DNA of 64,000 nt, taken from the NCBI GenBank assembly GCA_049852185.1, contig CP187540.1; one strand, given 5' to 3'. Both the position numbers and the translations under genes were made by a program. This document shows, piece after piece, positions 51,120 through 64,000 of this stretch (positions are counted from its first letter, which is position 1; every line of letters starts with the position of its first letter). The notes beneath the pieces are model-generated. The model was given only the letters and a program-made list of their open reading frames with translations, was not told where the DNA came from and did no database searches. The DNA is from Methanocaldococcus sp. 28A. GTDB lineage: Archaea > AGJL01 > Methanococci > Methanococcales > Methanocaldococcaceae.

Positions 51120-51803
51120 TTAATTTATTCCAAAAATCTCTTTTAACTCTTTAAAAATCTTATTTTTCTCTTTTTCAATTAGTTTATCAAGTATATAAAT
51201 GTTGTATTCTTCAAAGATGTCTTCTTTCTTTATATTTCCATAAAACTCTTTTGTAGATGCTAAGATACCAAAGTTTATATCCAACATTTTCATAATCCCA
51301 TAGAGTTTTAGAATAGCATTTGAGTTTATATATCTGTTTTTGCACTCAAAAATAAATTTTTTATTAAAAATATCAACAAATAAATCTATTTCTGTAAAAG
51401 CTTCTCCTTTGTAGCTAACGTTTAGATTTCTAATAACTCTTCCATCTATTCCATTTTCATCAAAAAACTCCATAAGCATATAATACACAAACAGCTCAAA
51501 TAAGGTTCCAGTATCTAAGGAGCAGAAATCTTTAAAATCTTTCTTTATTTTATCTATGAGTTCTAAAAAATAGATATCGTTTTCTTTGATTCTCTTAGAA
51601 ATCTTCTTGTATTTACCATTATCTTTAGCCTCTGGTAATTTAAAATTATTTTCTAAAATAGCCTTTCTATATCTGATTTTTGATAAGGCTAAGTTAAATA
51701 AATTGTTAATGCTGTTTTTATCATCACAAGAAAAACCTACAAGGTTGTATTTTCCAAAGTTTATTTTAACCTCTTTTTCATTCTTTAATCTTAATTTATT
51801 CAT
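51120..51803 (-). CDS. Hypothetical protein with PD-(D/E)XK nuclease-like C-terminal domain
   Basis: GTLFE...EIDLFV...FECK motif order. Confidence 0.7.
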   Translation of the reverse strand: MNKLRLKNEKEVKINFGKYNLVGFSCDDKNSINNLFNLALSKIRYRKAILENNFKLPEAKDNGKYKKISKRIKENDIYFLELIDKIKKDFKDFCSLDTGTLFELFVYYMLMEFFDENGIDGRVIRNLNVSYKGEAFTEIDLFVDIFNKKFIFECKNRYINSNAILKLYGIMKMLDINFGILASTKEFYGNIKKEDIFEEYNIYILDKLIEKEKNKIFKELKEIFGIN

Positions 51804-52410
51804 TGTTCATCAACTCTTCTATTGTATTTATGTTTTTAAAGATTTTTTTAGTTTTATCTAACTTTTCAGCTTTTATATATAGGGGGTTTAGGTGGGATAT
51901 AAAATATCTAATCGATAAGTTTTTATCCTCCATAATAATTTTATTTAAAATATTTAGGGAATCTCTCTTATACAATGCAAATAGTGGCTCTATATATCCA
52001 TTTTCATGTTTTGGAATTATACAGAGATTGTTGTTTCTTTCAGCTATTTCTATATAAGATATTAACTTTTCTAAAGCTTCTTTTGTTATATAAGGGCAAT
52101 CACACGGCAAAACAATAAACCACTTAGCATTTAAAGCTCTCATCCCACACAAAATTCCCATTAATGGACCTTTATTTTCAATCAAATCAAAAGATATTAA
52201 GCATTTATATTTAATTAAATATTCTCTCTCTATATATAAATCAATAGAATTTTTTGCAAAAACAGTAACAAAAGGAATGTTTAGAGTCTTTAAAACATCT
52301 GAGGGATAATTTATAAGATATTTTCCATTAAAAACTCTAAAGGGTTTCTTTCCACCAATCCTTTTTCCTTTCCCACCTGATAAAATTATGCCACCAATGA
52401 TAATTACCAC
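51796..52410 (-). CDS. mobA: Molybdenum cofactor guanylyltransferase
   Basis: LSGGKGKRIGG, GPLMG, PCDCP, EPLFA, NINT. Confidence 0.9.
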   Translation of the reverse strand: MVIIIGGIILSGGKGKRIGGKKPFRVFNGKYLINYPSDVLKTLNIPFVTVFAKNSIDLYIEREYLIKYKCLISFDLIENKGPLMGILCGMRALNAKWFIVLPCDCPYITKEALEKLISYIEIAERNNNLCIIPKHENGYIEPLFALYKRDSLNILNKIIMEDKNLSIRYFISHLNPLYIKAEKLDKTKKIFKNINTIEELMNNE

Positions 52411-52477
52411 CTAAAACCTAAAACTTTTGCTAAGTTTATAAGCTATTAGAATATTTATAATTTAACCACCTATTTGA

Positions 52478-52596
52478 CTATAGTTGTGTGCAAAACTATC
52501 TTAAATAAAATAAGGTATTAATGAATGCCTTCATCATTATGGAAAGCATTCAAATTATCCTTTTTAAAGTTTATTTTATTTTGCTCACAAATATAA
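52478..52596. repeat. MITE family B (inverted orientation)
   Basis: CTATAGTTGTGTGCAAAA...TTTTGCTCACAAATATAA with internal GAATGCCTTC..GAAAGCATTC. Confidence 0.85.
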
Positions 52597-52606
52597 TGGT
52601 GAGAGT

Positions 52607-54274
52607 ATGATTACAGTTAAAGTTAAAAACTTAACTAAAAAATATGGTGATTTCAAAGCATTGGATAATGTTTCATTTGAAGCTAAGAAAGGAGAGATTT
52701 TAGGGATTGTTGGAAAGAGTGGAGCTGGGAAGTCAACACTTATAAGAATTTTGAGAGGTAGCTTAGATTACGATGAAGGAGAAGTTGAAATTTTAGGTAG
52801 AAAAGATAATTTTAAAGAGATTACTGCAATACATTTACAGAGAAACTTTGCACTATGGGCAGAGCCAGTGATAAACAACATAATTAGAAAACTCTATGCA
52901 ATAAGAAACAAATCTGATGAATTATTGCCAATGGAAGAAGAATGGGAAGATTATGAAAAAGATGCACTAAAGATATTAAAATTAGTTGGTTTAGAGCATA
53001 AAAAAGATGCATTTGCAAATATATTGAGTGGTGGGGAAAAACAGAGATTAATTTTAGGAAGACAGATAGCTAAAATTTATGAAAAAGGAGAGGGAGTTTT
53101 ATTATTAGATGAGCCAGCAACAATGGCATGTCCTGCTTCAAAACAAAAGCTTTTAGATGTCATTAAAAACATTAGGGATAAGTTAGGCATAACTGTAATA
53201 ATAACCTCTCATTTACCAGAGATACATAGATATCTTTGTGATAGATTGATTTTATTAGAAAATGGTAAAGTAAAGATGGATGGGGATGTTGAAACTGTCT
53301 TAAATGAATTCTTAAAAGAGATGAAACCTCCATATAAAAGAACTCCAAAAATAAAAGATAACGCAATAATAAAGGTTAGAAATGTTGCTAAGAGATATTA
53401 TGTTGTTCATGGAGGAGAAACATTAAATCTAAAAAATGTCTCATTTGATGTTAAAGAGGGAGAGATTTTATCAATTATTGGACCAAGTGGAGTAGGAAAA
53501 ACAGTAATTATGAGATTAATGGCTGGTTTAGAGTTGCCAGATGAAGGAAAAATAATTGTTGATGGAATTGATATAACCAACTATGGATGGGAGAGAGTAG
53601 AGCTTAGAAAAAGAATTGGAATTATGCATCAAGAATTTTCCCTTCCATACTATCAAACAGTTGAAAATCTATTAAAATATAGGTTGGGACTTAAAGGAGA
53701 GAAAGCTATTGCTCATGCAAAGGCAAAGGCTGAAGAACTTGGCTTATCACCAAAGATTATTGATGCTATCTACCAATTAATAGATGTGCCAGAGTCAGAG
53801 AGAATTTCAAAACTGCAAAAGATGGGATTGACAGAAGAAATTATCTATAAGCTCTTCCCACCAATAGTTGAGAGCTTTGAGCCAGAAGAAATTTTAGAGG
53901 CTTTAGATTTAGGAAAAGACATTTTAAAGAAGAAAATTATTGAGTTAAGTGGAGGACAAAAGGTTAGAGTAGCTATGGCTTTACAATTAATAACAAAGCC
54001 AAAAATTTTGTTTTTAGATGAACCATTTGGTGACTTAGACCCAATAACTTTGAGAGATGTTGCTAACTATTTAAAAATAATCAATGAGAGATTTGGGACT
54101 ACAATAGTTTTAGTTTCACACTGTGTAGAGTTTATTAAGGAGATTAGTGATAGAGCTATACTATTAGATGAAAATAGATTAATTATGGAAGGTAATCCAG
54201 AAGAAGTTTGTGAAGAATTTATAAAGAGAAGTAACGCAAGATTTATGAGGAAAGAATTAGAATGTAAAAGTTAA
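52607..54274 (+). CDS. Tandem ABC-ATPase related to methyl-CoM reductase component A2 (AtwA-like paralog)
   Basis: Two ABC cassettes (GKSGAGKS/LSGGE; GPSGVGKT/LSGGQ), LQRNFAL motif, no TM segments, no Zn-binding cysteine cluster. Confidence 0.8.
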   Translation: MITVKVKNLTKKYGDFKALDNVSFEAKKGEILGIVGKSGAGKSTLIRILRGSLDYDEGEVEILGRKDNFKEITAIHLQRNFALWAEPVINNIIRKLYAIRNKSDELLPMEEEWEDYEKDALKILKLVGLEHKKDAFANILSGGEKQRLILGRQIAKIYEKGEGVLLLDEPATMACPASKQKLLDVIKNIRDKLGITVIITSHLPEIHRYLCDRLILLENGKVKMDGDVETVLNEFLKEMKPPYKRTPKIKDNAIIKVRNVAKRYYVVHGGETLNLKNVSFDVKEGEILSIIGPSGVGKTVIMRLMAGLELPDEGKIIVDGIDITNYGWERVELRKRIGIMHQEFSLPYYQTVENLLKYRLGLKGEKAIAHAKAKAEELGLSPKIIDAIYQLIDVPESERISKLQKMGLTEEIIYKLFPPIVESFEPEEILEALDLGKDILKKKIIELSGGQKVRVAMALQLITKPKILFLDEPFGDLDPITLRDVANYLKIINERFGTTIVLVSHCVEFIKEISDRAILLDENRLIMEGNPEEVCEEFIKRSNARFMRKELECKS

Positions 54275-54493
54275 ATAAAATCTTTAAAATTAACTACCTC
54301 AGAAATTTAATAAAAATTTTTTAAATTGAAAAATAAGTTTTTAAAAAGCGTTAAATTGAGTATATAAAAACTATGCAAATATTTAAATACAAAAATACGT
54401 TATTTCAGTTCTACACATTAAAAAAATAAAAGAAATCTATTATAAATTTTAATAATATCACCTAAATATCTAATAAAAAATGAGAGGGTAAAT

Positions 54494-55051
54494 ATGATTA
54501 TAGGAGTTTTAGCAATTCAGGGAGATGTTGAAGAGCATGAAGAGGCTGTTAAAAAAGCTGGTTATGAGGTAAAGAAAGTTAAAAGAGCTGAAGATTTAGA
54601 AGGAATAGATGCTTTAATAATTCCAGGAGGAGAAAGCACAGCTATAGGTAAATTAATGAAAAAGTATGGATTATTAGATAAAATAAAAAACTCTGATTTA
54701 CCAATATTGGGGACTTGTGCTGGAATGGTGTTATTATCAAAAGGAACTGGACTTAATCAAATTTTATTAGAATTGATGGACATTACTGTTAAAAGAAACG
54801 CTTATGGAAGGCAGGTAGATAGCTTTGAAAAAGAGATTGAATTTAAAGATTTAGGAAAGGTTTATGGGGTATTTATAAGAGCTCCAGTGGTAGATGAGAT
54901 TTTGAGTGATGATGTAGAAGTTATAGCAAAGGATAGAGATAAAATAGTAGGCGTTAAGCAGGGGAAATATATGGCATTATCTTTCCATCCAGAGCTTTCA
55001 GAAGATGGGTATAAAGTTTATAGGTATTTTGTTGAGAACTGTGTAAAATAA
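54494..55051 (+). CDS. pdxT: Pyridoxal 5'-phosphate synthase glutaminase subunit
   Basis: PGGEST, GTCAG, RNAYGRQ, FIRAP, FHPE. Confidence 0.97.
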   Translation: MIIGVLAIQGDVEEHEEAVKKAGYEVKKVKRAEDLEGIDALIIPGGESTAIGKLMKKYGLLDKIKNSDLPILGTCAGMVLLSKGTGLNQILLELMDITVKRNAYGRQVDSFEKEIEFKDLGKVYGVFIRAPVVDEILSDDVEVIAKDRDKIVGVKQGKYMALSFHPELSEDGYKVYRYFVENCVK

Positions 55052-55058
55052 ATTTTTG

Positions 55059-55218
55059 TTATCACGCTAAAAGTTTTTTATTTTCAAAATAAAAGATTTT
55101 AAAGGGATATTTTTTGATTTTAAATTAGCTAATTTCGAAAGGTGGCTTATTTTTAATACTTTATTTATTTGGATATATTAAATTAGTAAGATTTTTAAGA
55201 GATTTTAGATAATTATTT
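55059..55218 (+). promoter_or_regulatory. Orphan, decayed CRISPR leader fragment
   Basis: Diverged reverse-complement copy of 34017-34180 (TTATCACGCTAAAAGTTTTTTA ... TTAGCTAATTTC ... ATTAAATTAGTAAGATTTT ... GAGATTTTAGATAATTATTT). Confidence 0.75.
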
Positions 55219-55314
55219 GATTTTTTAGCTAAAGAGTTTTTATTACTTACATTAATGCAAAAGGTTGTCAAGATAAAAAATAAATAAGTAAGTGTAAATA
55301 AAGGAAGATATGAC

Positions 55315-55808
55315 TGTGGTATCCCGAAAATATTTCGCATCTATAAATAATAAAAAAGAATTAGATATTGTCCTTAAAGCAGTCGAAGAATATAAAGGAA
55401 CAAGCCCAGTTCATTTAGAGCATTTTATCGAACGTAGGTATAATATACATACTCACATAATCGTATATATAATACTGAAACAATATGGTAAAATACAACC
55501 TAAATAGGAAAAGTTGAACGGACAAATAGAGAGGTTGAATATCGACTAAATAGATTTGATAGTTTAGAAGAGTTCGTAGATTGAATGAAATTACTAATGT
55601 GATTTCATAGCTCTTCACTACGCTCCAATTGAAATAATAAAATAAAACCACATCGTTCTTTAGATTAGACGAAAACCTAAGGTTTTCATTGCTCGCTTAC
55701 TACGTAATCGATTTTAAAACTCCTTATGAAGTTTATTTCGGAAATATAGTTAATAATATGGAGGTAATTTCATGAATTATAACTGCGAAATAATTTCATG
55801 ATACCACA
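55315..55808 (+). mobile_element. Second, further deleted copy of the IS481-like non-autonomous element
   Basis: Same TGTGGTATC...GATACCACA ends; near-identical to 23183-23847, including the same deletion junction. Confidence 0.88.
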
Positions 55809-55920
55809 ACAAGGATGGAAACTAAGTTTTTATATAAAAAACAGCTAAAATATTTCTGTGCAAACCCAAAAAATAAGAAAATAGAAACTCTTAAAATATT
55901 TTAATATACCCAAAATAAAC

Positions 55921-57036
55921 TTATTCTCTAATTTTCTTCCCAACAGCCACATAAATGTTGTTAGCTCCTATTTTATCTCCAAACTTAGAAAAAATCTCAA
56001 TATTTTTCTCTTTGCATAGATTCTCAACCTTTTTCCTACAAGCATCTTTTGTTTTCTCTCCAAAAGATATAACAACTATATTCCCATCAATCTCTTCAAG
56101 ACCTAAGACAGGTTTTTTTATTTTTTTGTATAACTCATCAAGGTCCTTTAAGTGGATGATAATCATTTTAGCATCTTCAATAAATGGAAAATCCTTTAAA
56201 TGCTTAGTTATAAATGAGACATCTCTATCTATATCCTGCCCATATTTCTTTAAATCTACTTTATAATAATTGAGCTTTCCATCTTGATACTCTTTTATAA
56301 TTGCCTTAGCTGTTCTAACTAAATCAACTTCCCCACCTTTAGTTAAATACCCTCTTTTATTACCAATCTTTTTTAACAGCTCTTCATCAACTTTTTCATA
56401 ATCCACACCAAAATACTCTTTTATTATTGTGTTATCAAAATTATCTATCCTATTTAAAATTTTTAGAGCTGGAGGAATTGGATTTTCTACTTTTTCTAAT
56501 CTCAAAGCACCACTTATAACCAAATCATCCTCATCTCCCATCTCTAAAACTCCTGGGGTGTCCATAAGTTTAATATTTTTTGTTAATCTAACCCATTGCT
56601 CTCCTTTAGTTAAACCTGCTACACTTCCAGTTAATGTTTTTCTCTTTCCAGTTAATGCATTAATGATGGAAGATTTTCCAACGTTTGGATAACCAACAAT
56701 TCCCACTTTTCCCTCTTTTTTACCCATCTCTTTTAAAGATTTTTTTATCATCTCTCTTAAAATCTTTGTTCCTAATCTTCTTTTAGCAGATACAAACACA
56801 GTATTTTCTCCAAAAATTTTTTTCCATCTTTTTAAAATATCTTTTGGCACTAAATCAGCCTTATTTAAAACATAAATTAGTTTTTTTCCTTTACTTTTAA
56901 TCTTTTTCTCTAATTCTTTATTTCTTGTCATCTCAGGGTCTCTCGCATCTAAAACTAATAAAATTACATCACATTCATCAATAATCTTATTGACTATCTT
57001 TTTAACAGGCACTTTCTTGTATCTCATAACCCTCAC
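55921..57036 (-). CDS. Circularly permuted GTPase (RbgA/YlqF family)
   Basis: DARDP, NKAD, GYPNVGKSS, DTPG in permuted order. Confidence 0.93.
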   Translation of the reverse strand: MRVMRYKKVPVKKIVNKIIDECDVILLVLDARDPEMTRNKELEKKIKSKGKKLIYVLNKADLVPKDILKRWKKIFGENTVFVSAKRRLGTKILREMIKKSLKEMGKKEGKVGIVGYPNVGKSSIINALTGKRKTLTGSVAGLTKGEQWVRLTKNIKLMDTPGVLEMGDEDDLVISGALRLEKVENPIPPALKILNRIDNFDNTIIKEYFGVDYEKVDEELLKKIGNKRGYLTKGGEVDLVRTAKAIIKEYQDGKLNYYKVDLKKYGQDIDRDVSFITKHLKDFPFIEDAKMIIIHLKDLDELYKKIKKPVLGLEEIDGNIVVISFGEKTKDACRKKVENLCKEKNIEIFSKFGDKIGANNIYVAVGKKIRE

Positions 57037-57204
57037 CTAAAGACTTTTAATTATGCTATTTTCATTTATATTTTTTATTAATAGATAAAACTAAATAAAT
57101 TTATAAATCTACAAATTATAGAAAAGTATTTATAGAACTTCAAACACATTACTATACTGTAAAACAAAAATTTAAAAAATATTAATTGAATAAAAGGTGA
57201 TATT

Positions 57205-57906
57205 TTGGTTGTAGATGCAAAAGACGTAGAAATAGTAAATACATTAGTTTTTGAAACATTAGGAAACCCAGAAAAAGAAAGAGAATTCAAATTAAAATCA
57301 TTAAAAAAGTGGGGGTTTGATTTAATATTTGGTAAAATAGATGGAAAAGAAACTTACTTTACTGTTGAATTAGATGAAAGACAAGCTGGGGATAAATTTT
57401 CAAAAGATGGAAAAGAGTATGAAGTAATAGAAGTTCTTGAGGAGTTACCAAAGAATACTGAATTATATGCACACATAGAAATGGAAATGGGTAGAGCATA
57501 TATTGTTTGTCAATTAAGAGATGAAGATGGGCAAAATATTGAAGTATTGAGAGTTCCAGCTGCAGCATTATTGTTAGCCTTCTTTAAAAAGAATAAGTTA
57601 GGAAATTTAATCAAAGCTATAAAAAATGTTGGAATTAGCTCAGAGCTTTTCTTACAAAACGGTGTTGGAGGAAAGCCATTATCTTATGAAGAACTTCCAA
57701 ATGTTGCAAGAAGATTTATAAGAAGTGTAAGAAAGGTTGAAAAGGAAACTGGTTTTGGAAGGTTGTCATTTGCTTACTATGGTGAAACAAAGGATGGAGA
57801 ACCAAGATTTTACTTTACTTGGTTACTTCCAACAATAGCATTATTTGACTTAGATATTGCTAAAAAAGCTAACGATACAATTGGAATCCTAAAAGTTTCT
57901 GAATAA
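57205..57906 (+). CDS. Conserved hypothetical protein
   Basis: 233-aa ORF with a GGTGA RBS and host-like composition. Confidence 0.75.
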   Translation: MVVDAKDVEIVNTLVFETLGNPEKEREFKLKSLKKWGFDLIFGKIDGKETYFTVELDERQAGDKFSKDGKEYEVIEVLEELPKNTELYAHIEMEMGRAYIVCQLRDEDGQNIEVLRVPAAALLLAFFKKNKLGNLIKAIKNVGISSELFLQNGVGGKPLSYEELPNVARRFIRSVRKVEKETGFGRLSFAYYGETKDGEPRFYFTWLLPTIALFDLDIAKKANDTIGILKVSE

Positions 57907-57938
57907 ATAAATTATTATTAATATAAAATTGAGGTGGA

Positions 57939-58190
57939 ATGATGATTTATGGTGTTCTATTAAATATTCCTGAAAAACATGCTACGAAGTATGAAGATTT
58001 AATTAGAAGAATAATTGGGGAAGGGATAGCAAGAGGAGACATATTGTCATTTACAGAAGCAAGATATAAAGGAGATATTGCTTTTGTTATGCTTGCAAGG
58101 TCAAGAAGAGCAGCTGAAAAAGTTTATCAACAACTAAAAGAACATCCAATCTATGTAAAAGTTATAGAGATAGAGGGTAAAGGGGATTAA
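57939..58190 (+). CDS. Small hypothetical protein
   Basis: 83-aa ORF with a GAGGTG RBS. Confidence 0.72.
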   Translation: MMIYGVLLNIPEKHATKYEDLIRRIIGEGIARGDILSFTEARYKGDIAFVMLARSRRAAEKVYQQLKEHPIYVKVIEIEGKGD

Positions 58191-58395
58191 ATTTTTTAAT
58201 TTAACTTTTTTAATTAATTTTTCTTATAACTGATTTTTTCAAAGTAACAATAATAACATCCAATCATTCCCATCCCAATTCAGGGGCTTTATAAATATAT
58301 TATAATTATAATTTTTATAAAAAAATAGTTATAAATTAAGAAACCTCTATTTTATATTTATTTATTAAAAAAATAAAAAATTAAAGATTAAAGAT

Positions 58396-61134
<2,739 letters not shown>

Positions 61135-61233
61135 TTATAATATTTTTCTTACTGGAAATAATATACCGTTGAAGTTCTATATAAACTTTTTGGTTTTGTT
61201 TATATTTATTGCACAACTCTACCCAATCATAAG

Positions 61234-61620
61234 TTATTCAGGAATATCCAATATATGAAACTGATAAACCCTTGTAAATCCGCAATTTCTACATCTTACA
61301 ATCATCTTCGTCTCTGTTATTGCTATATCTTGTATAGCTTCTTTTTTACAGTTAAAGCATACAGTATTTTTCTCTAAAAACCATGGTTTATATTTATGTT
61401 TTTTCTTTTTTTCTTCTTCTATTATGCTTTCATCCTCAATCCCCACTCTTCTTAAAATATAATATCTTGTAGCTCCACAGTTAGAACATTTAACAAACGC
61501 CTGATTTGTATAAATTTCTATTATCTGGTCTACTTCTTTCTTACAGTTGAAGCATACTGCTAATTTTTTTAACATCCATTTTTCCATAAAATCACCAACT
61601 TCCACACAGTTACCAAACAC
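61234..61620 (-). CDS. Small protein with duplicated zinc-ribbon domains
   Basis: CFNC...CSNC and CFNC...CRNC internal repeat; true start probably at MEKW. Confidence 0.75.
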   Translation of the reverse strand: MFGNCVEVGDFMEKWMLKKLAVCFNCKKEVDQIIEIYTNQAFVKCSNCGATRYYILRRVGIEDESIIEEEKKKKHKYKPWFLEKNTVCFNCKKEAIQDIAITETKMIVRCRNCGFTRVYQFHILDIPE

Positions 61621-61723
61621 ATTGAAAAACTACGCTATATAAAAAATTATTAAAACTAATTATATATACTATTTTTGATTTGATAATTTTAAATTTATAT
61701 GATTATATATAATTATAATATAA

Positions 61724-62662
61724 TTGATTATAATTATGAGGGAAATTATGATATGTAGTTGTGGAAATGAAGCATTTTACTATCAAAAATATTCAAACAA
61801 GTATTTATGTAAAGAATGCTTTAAAAAAGATATTGAAAGAAGAGCTAAAAAAATTTTGGGAAGAGATATTATAAGAAATAATGTTAAAATAGGTATTGGA
61901 ATTAGTGGAGGAAAGGATAGCTTAGTTATGGCATTAATTTTAAAAAAGCTTTTTAAATATATTCCAAACGCTAAGCTAATTTGTTTTTTTATTGATGAGG
62001 GGATAGAGGGTTTTAGGGAAAAAGCTAAAGAATACATTAAAGAGTTTTGTGAAGAGCATGGATTAGAGTTGAAGATTATAAAATTTAAAGATGAAATTGG
62101 TTATACGTTAGATGAAATTGTAAAAAATGATTATTTAAGTGAATTAAATATTGGAAAGCCTTGTTCTTTTTGTGGAGTTGTTAGGAGGTATTTATTAAAT
62201 AAATACGCATTAAAAGAAGGATGTGATTATTTGGCAATAGGTCACAACTTAGATGATTTCTGCCAAACAATTTTGATGAACTATGTTGAAGGAAATGTAA
62301 AAAATATTATTCAGTTTGGTAAGGAGTTTGAAGGAAGGGGATTTGTTAAGAGAATTAAACCACTAAAATTAATCCCTGAAGATGAGGTTAGGTTATATGC
62401 GGATATAAACAATATAAAGTATCAAAAAGAGCCTTGCCCTTACTCATCTTTATCTTATAGGCATAGAATGAAGAAGGTAATTAAAGTTTTAGAAGAAGAA
62501 AAACCGGGAGTTAAGTTTAGTATATTAAGAGGTTATGAAAAGCTCTTGAAATATATAGATGTTAAAGAAGATGTTAAAAGATGTGAAATTTGTGGATTTC
62601 CATGTAGTGGAAATATTTGTAAGGTATGTTCGTGGCTCATAAAATTGAAAGTGATTAAATAG
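61724..62662 (+). CDS. PP-loop tRNA thiolase of the TtuA/Ncs6 family
   Basis: SGGKDS, CSFC, GHNLDD, CPY and terminal Zn fingers. Confidence 0.88.
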   Translation: MIIIMREIMICSCGNEAFYYQKYSNKYLCKECFKKDIERRAKKILGRDIIRNNVKIGIGISGGKDSLVMALILKKLFKYIPNAKLICFFIDEGIEGFREKAKEYIKEFCEEHGLELKIIKFKDEIGYTLDEIVKNDYLSELNIGKPCSFCGVVRRYLLNKYALKEGCDYLAIGHNLDDFCQTILMNYVEGNVKNIIQFGKEFEGRGFVKRIKPLKLIPEDEVRLYADINNIKYQKEPCPYSSLSYRHRMKKVIKVLEEEKPGVKFSILRGYEKLLKYIDVKEDVKRCEICGFPCSGNICKVCSWLIKLKVIK

Positions 62663-62839
62663 GACTTTTGCAGAAATAAATTTTTTAATTGAATAGACAC
62701 TTAAAGGTGCCAAAGCACCTTATTAAAGCTGCAAAAGTTCAAATGAAATAAACTTTAAAAAGGAAATTTTGAATGCCTTCCTTATGGAGAATTCATTATT
62801 ACCTTGTTTTATTTAAGATAGTTTTGCACACAACTATAA
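62659..62839. repeat. Composite repeat: family A MITE (62659-62744) fused to a left-truncated family B MITE (62741-62839)
   Basis: ATAGGACTTTTGCAG...CTGCAAAAGTTC then AAATAAACTTTAAAAAGG...TTTTGCACACAACTATAA. Confidence 0.8.
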
Positions 62840-62866
62840 AAATGAAAGTTAATAATGGTGATTTTT

Positions 62867-64000
62867 ATGATAAGAGATTATGAAAAATTTAAGAAACTTA
62901 AAAAGAAGGTAGCCGAATCATTAAACATTAGTGAGGAAGAATTGGATGAAATGATTAAAGAAAAAATTAAAGAATTTGGAGGAATTTTGCTAAAAGATGC
63001 CGCTTTAATGATGATTGCAAAAGAACATGGAATTGATATTGATAAAAAAGAAGTAGAGGAGTTTTCAATTAAAGATATTGAAGAAGGACAGATAAATGTT
63101 GAAATTACTGGGATTGTTACAGATGTTTCTGATGTAAAAACATTTACAAGGAAAGATGGAAGTGAAGGAAGATATAGAAAAATAATTATTGCTGACAAGT
63201 CAGGAACGATTAGAATGACTTTATGGGATGAATTGGCTGATATGGATATTAAAGTTGGAGATATTTTAAAAATAAAAAGGGCAAGGGCAAGGAAATGGAA
63301 CAACAGAATGGAGCTTAGTTCAACATCAGAAACAAAGATTGAAAAGTTAGAGAACTATGAAGGAGAAATTCCAGAGATTAAAGATATATATGATATAGGA
63401 GAGCTAAGCCCAGGAATGACAGCAACATTTGAAGGAGAAGTTATTTCAGCACTACCAATAAAAGAATTTAAAAAGGCAGACGGTAGTTTAGGAAGATTAA
63501 AATCATTTATTGTTAAAGATGAGACTGGAAGTATAAGAGTTACCTTATGGGATGAACTAACAGACATTGATGTGGGTAGAGGAGATTATGTTAGAGTTAG
63601 TGGATATGTAAGAGATGGTTACTATGGAGGATTGGAATGCACAGCAAGTAGTGTAGAGATATTGAAAAAAGGAGAAAAAATAGAGAGTAAGGAAGCAAAT
63701 GTTGTTGATTTATCAAAATATGAAGACGGGGAGTTGGTTACAGTTAAAGGTAGGGTTGTTGCAATAAGTAGTAAAAGAATGGTTGATTTAAATGGAGATA
63801 CTGCTAAAGTTCAGGAGCTTTTATTAGACAATGGCACTGGAAGAGTTAGAGTGACATTTTGGAATATAAGAACTGCTTTATTAGAAAATGTAAAAGAAGG
63901 AGATTTAGTGAGAATAACAAACTGTAGAATAAAAACATATTATGATAGAGATGGGAATAAAAGGGCTGATTTAGTGGCAACTGCTGATACTGAAGTTATT
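62867..64000 (+). CDS. rpa: Replication protein A (multi-OB-fold ssDNA-binding protein), 5' part
   Basis: [19 protein letters not shown]..., repeated OB folds ([35 protein letters not shown]). GGTGA RBS; runs off the window. Confidence 0.92.
   Translation, partial: MIRDYEKFKKLKKKVAESLNISEEELDEMIKEKIKEFGGILLKDAALMMIAKEHGIDIDKKEVEEFSIKDIEEGQINVEITGIVTDVSDVKTFTRKDGSEGRYRKIIIADKSGTIRMTLWDELADMDIKVGDILKIKRARARKWNNRMELSSTSETKIEKLENYEGEIPEIKDIYDIGELSPGMTATFEGEVISALPIKEFKKADGSLGRLKSFIVKDETGSIRVTLWDELTDIDVGRGDYVRVSGYVRDGYYGGLECTASSVEILKKGEKIESKEANVVDLSKYEDGELVTVKGRVVAISSKRMVDLNGDTAKVQELLLDNGTGRVRVTFWNIRTALLENVKEGDLVRITNCRIKTYYDRDGNKRADLVATADTEVI

Noticed and set aside
58214-58290. Short GC patch and possible 19-aa CxxC peptide (MGMIGCYYCYF...) on the minus strand between convergent genes
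   Set aside because: Too short, with no clear RBS, stem or box motifs; cannot be supported.

Overview
AT-rich archaeal chromosome segment, almost certainly a hyperthermophilic methanogen of the Methanocaldococcus group (SepCysS, methanogenesis marker proteins, form III RuBisCO, PycAB, long CDC48, GlmS intein, Methanococcales-type CRISPR repeat). Most of the window is housekeeping genes, in blocks joined at intergenic regions full of mobile-element debris. Accessory content: (i) a 13-repeat CRISPR array with leader and, 6 kb away, a type III-A csm operon. Its Cas10 reads GGND instead of GGDD, its Csm2 and Csm3 are enlarged, and it ends in two divergent tandem CARF-HEPN (Csm6-like) effectors. 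(ii) An intact IS701-like element that splits rbcL and whose inverted repeats match a family of ~95-bp MITEs across the window. (iii) A second MITE family and two internally deleted IS481-like elements, one of which sits in a decayed CRISPR leader. (iv) A surface Lon-type protease gene frameshifted by a perfect 20-bp tandem duplication. (v) Three GC-rich structured RNA candidates: one H/ACA-like guide, and two orphan RNAs sharing a CCAAUGAACCC...GGGUUGANGAC K-turn module (HgcC-like). All calls come from reading motifs by eye. No searches or folding programs were run, and M. jannaschii locus comparisons are from memory.
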